A stretch of DNA of 64,000 nt from an uncultured Oscillospiraceae bacterium (lineage in GTDB: Bacteria > Bacillota > Clostridia > Christensenellales > CAG-314). The stretch covers positions 125,591 through 189,590 of the forward strand of contig CAZHUH010000001.1 of NCBI GenBank assembly GCA_964535505.1, given 5' to 3'. Shown piece after piece: positions 62,982 through 64,000 of this stretch; position 1 is the first letter of the stretch, and each line of letters starts with the position of its first letter. The notes beneath the pieces were generated by a model, which saw only the letters and a list, made by a program, of their open reading frames with translations, was not told the DNA's origin and searched no databases. Made by a program: the position numbers and the translations under genes.

Positions 62982-64000
62982 TTATTGTAGTATTTCTTTT
63001 AGATAGTTATATGTTCCATCGTAAAAGGATTTTTGACGTGTTACGTCTCTATCGTCTCCTTCTGGCACAAAGATTGCCATCCCCTGACGAGCTCTTGTCA
63101 AAAGAACGCGGTAAGCATTCTTTAAATATAATCGATTCTCTTCAGAATTAACGTTGTTCCATTTGTTGCCCGTGAATGAGTGATAAGTCCATTTTCCATT
63201 TGTAAATCGCAAATCCGCATCCCAAGCTAATATGGAGTAGTCTATCTCCAACCCCTGAATATCAAACTCTGTAACAACGTCTTCCAGTGCATAGGATGAA
63301 CGCACGTCATCTTTATCGTTCAAAAACCAATTGGGGACAGAAATTTCATTCTTGACAAAAATGCCCTCTGGCTTTAGACGTAAAGCTCCACTGCTTGCAA
63401 TCAAACCATATCGAGTTGTCCCTTTGCAACGCTCTTTTACCCACTCTTTTGCCTCTTTTAGGTTTCGTGTTATAAGAAACGGGTATTTGTCCTTTATCCT
63501 TGCGTATAGTTCTTTTGCTTTTGCTACGTCTATATCAAGCAACGCTTTTACAAATGCAGCCAAATCTGGTGTGCGGAAAGAACGGATTGAAGTTGAAAGG
63601 TGCAAATTCTTATTCTCCGTTACTTGCAAACCGTCAATCATATCTTCCCAGCGAGCATTCCTCCTATATTCGTTATCGTTAAGCTGCGGTGTTAAATATA
63701 CATCCCAATGAGGATATGCTCGCTTCAACGACTCAAACCATTCCGGCAAACCTGCTTCACCCTTATTAATTTCTTGACCACCACCAACGAGGCAAATAAC
63801 CACTGCCCAATCCTTATGACGGTTCATTGTACCAATCAAAAACTCAGGCTCGCTGTATGGAAAATTTGGAATACCTTTTTTTACAGCCATAAAGTTTGCA
63901 ATTTGCTCTTTTGTCCACGCGCGTTGGGCTTCATCAAATATCGCTACGCGTTCAGGTGGAACATCATCATTTCCTACAAATGAATCACGATACTTATGGA
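62982..64000 (-). CDS. DUF2075 (Schlafen-type SF1 helicase-like ATPase) protein, C-terminal ~340 aa; gene continues beyond the window
   Basis: The reading frame stays open upstream of the listed Met: ...FVGNDDVPPERVAIFDEAQRAWTKEQIANFMAVKK... (DEAQ Walker B). It also has VICLVGGGQEINKGE and a C-terminal LLTRARQGMAIFVP motif typical of DUF2075. Confidence 0.8.
   Translation of the reverse strand, partial: HKYRDSFVGNDDVPPERVAIFDEAQRAWTKEQIANFMAVKKGIPNFPYSEPEFLIGTMNRHKDWAVVICLVGGGQEINKGEAGLPEWFESLKRAYPHWDVYLTPQLNDNEYRRNARWEDMIDGLQVTENKNLHLSTSIRSFRTPDLAAFVKALLDIDVAKAKELYARIKDKYPFLITRNLKEAKEWVKERCKGTTRYGLIASSGALRLKPEGIFVKNEISVPNWFLNDKDDVRSSYALEDVVTEFDIQGLEIDYSILAWDADLRFTNGKWTYHSFTGNKWNNVNSEENRLYLKNAYRVLLTRARQGMAIFVPEGDDRDVTRQKSFYDGTYNYLKEILQ

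Overview
64-kb chromosomal segment of an endospore-forming Firmicute. It looks Clostridia-like and moderately AT-rich, but I cannot name the taxon from sequence alone. I read about 62 protein genes and 8 tRNAs. I saw no rRNA, no CRISPR array, and no transposase or integrase. About 90% of genes lie on the minus strand. The backbone is housekeeping and colinear with the B. subtilis yloC-gmk-rpoZ-coaBC-priA-def-fmt-rsmB-rlmN-rsgA-rpe-spoVM region. It also carries rimO-pgsA, ligA-pcrA, tyrS, rarA, murG, der-plsY, tdk and fhs. Sporulation genes are dense: an FtsK/SpoIIIE-type translocase, a PdaB-like deacetylase, spoVM (29 codons, missed by the ORF track), spoIIAA-spoIIAB-sigF, spoIVA, ylmC/ymxH and sigG. 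There are four accessory patches. (1) A PadR/DUF1700/DUF4097 module next to a decayed patch around tRNA-Ala. (2) An Rrf2 regulator plus cysK. (3) A more AT-rich 4.7-kb MacB/FtsX-type ABC plus two-lipoprotein cassette bracketed by ~190-bp direct repeats. (4) A small islet (GNAT pseudogene, APH-family kinase, nitroreductase, HAD) after a six-tRNA cluster, and a DUF2075 (Schlafen-type) helicase gene after tRNA-Cys that runs off the window. The items most worth follow-up are: a same-orientation REP-like intergenic element (core ACTATGTCTGAAATAGTATTCTGC, at least 9 copies); the repeat-bracketed ABC cassette; a 17-codon Cys-Cys leader ORF in the cysK 5' UTR; an unclassified terminator/antiterminator leader upstream of fhs; and the tRNA-Cys-linked DUF2075 locus. 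All calls come from reading the sequence and remembered family signatures. No database search, folding or statistics were run.
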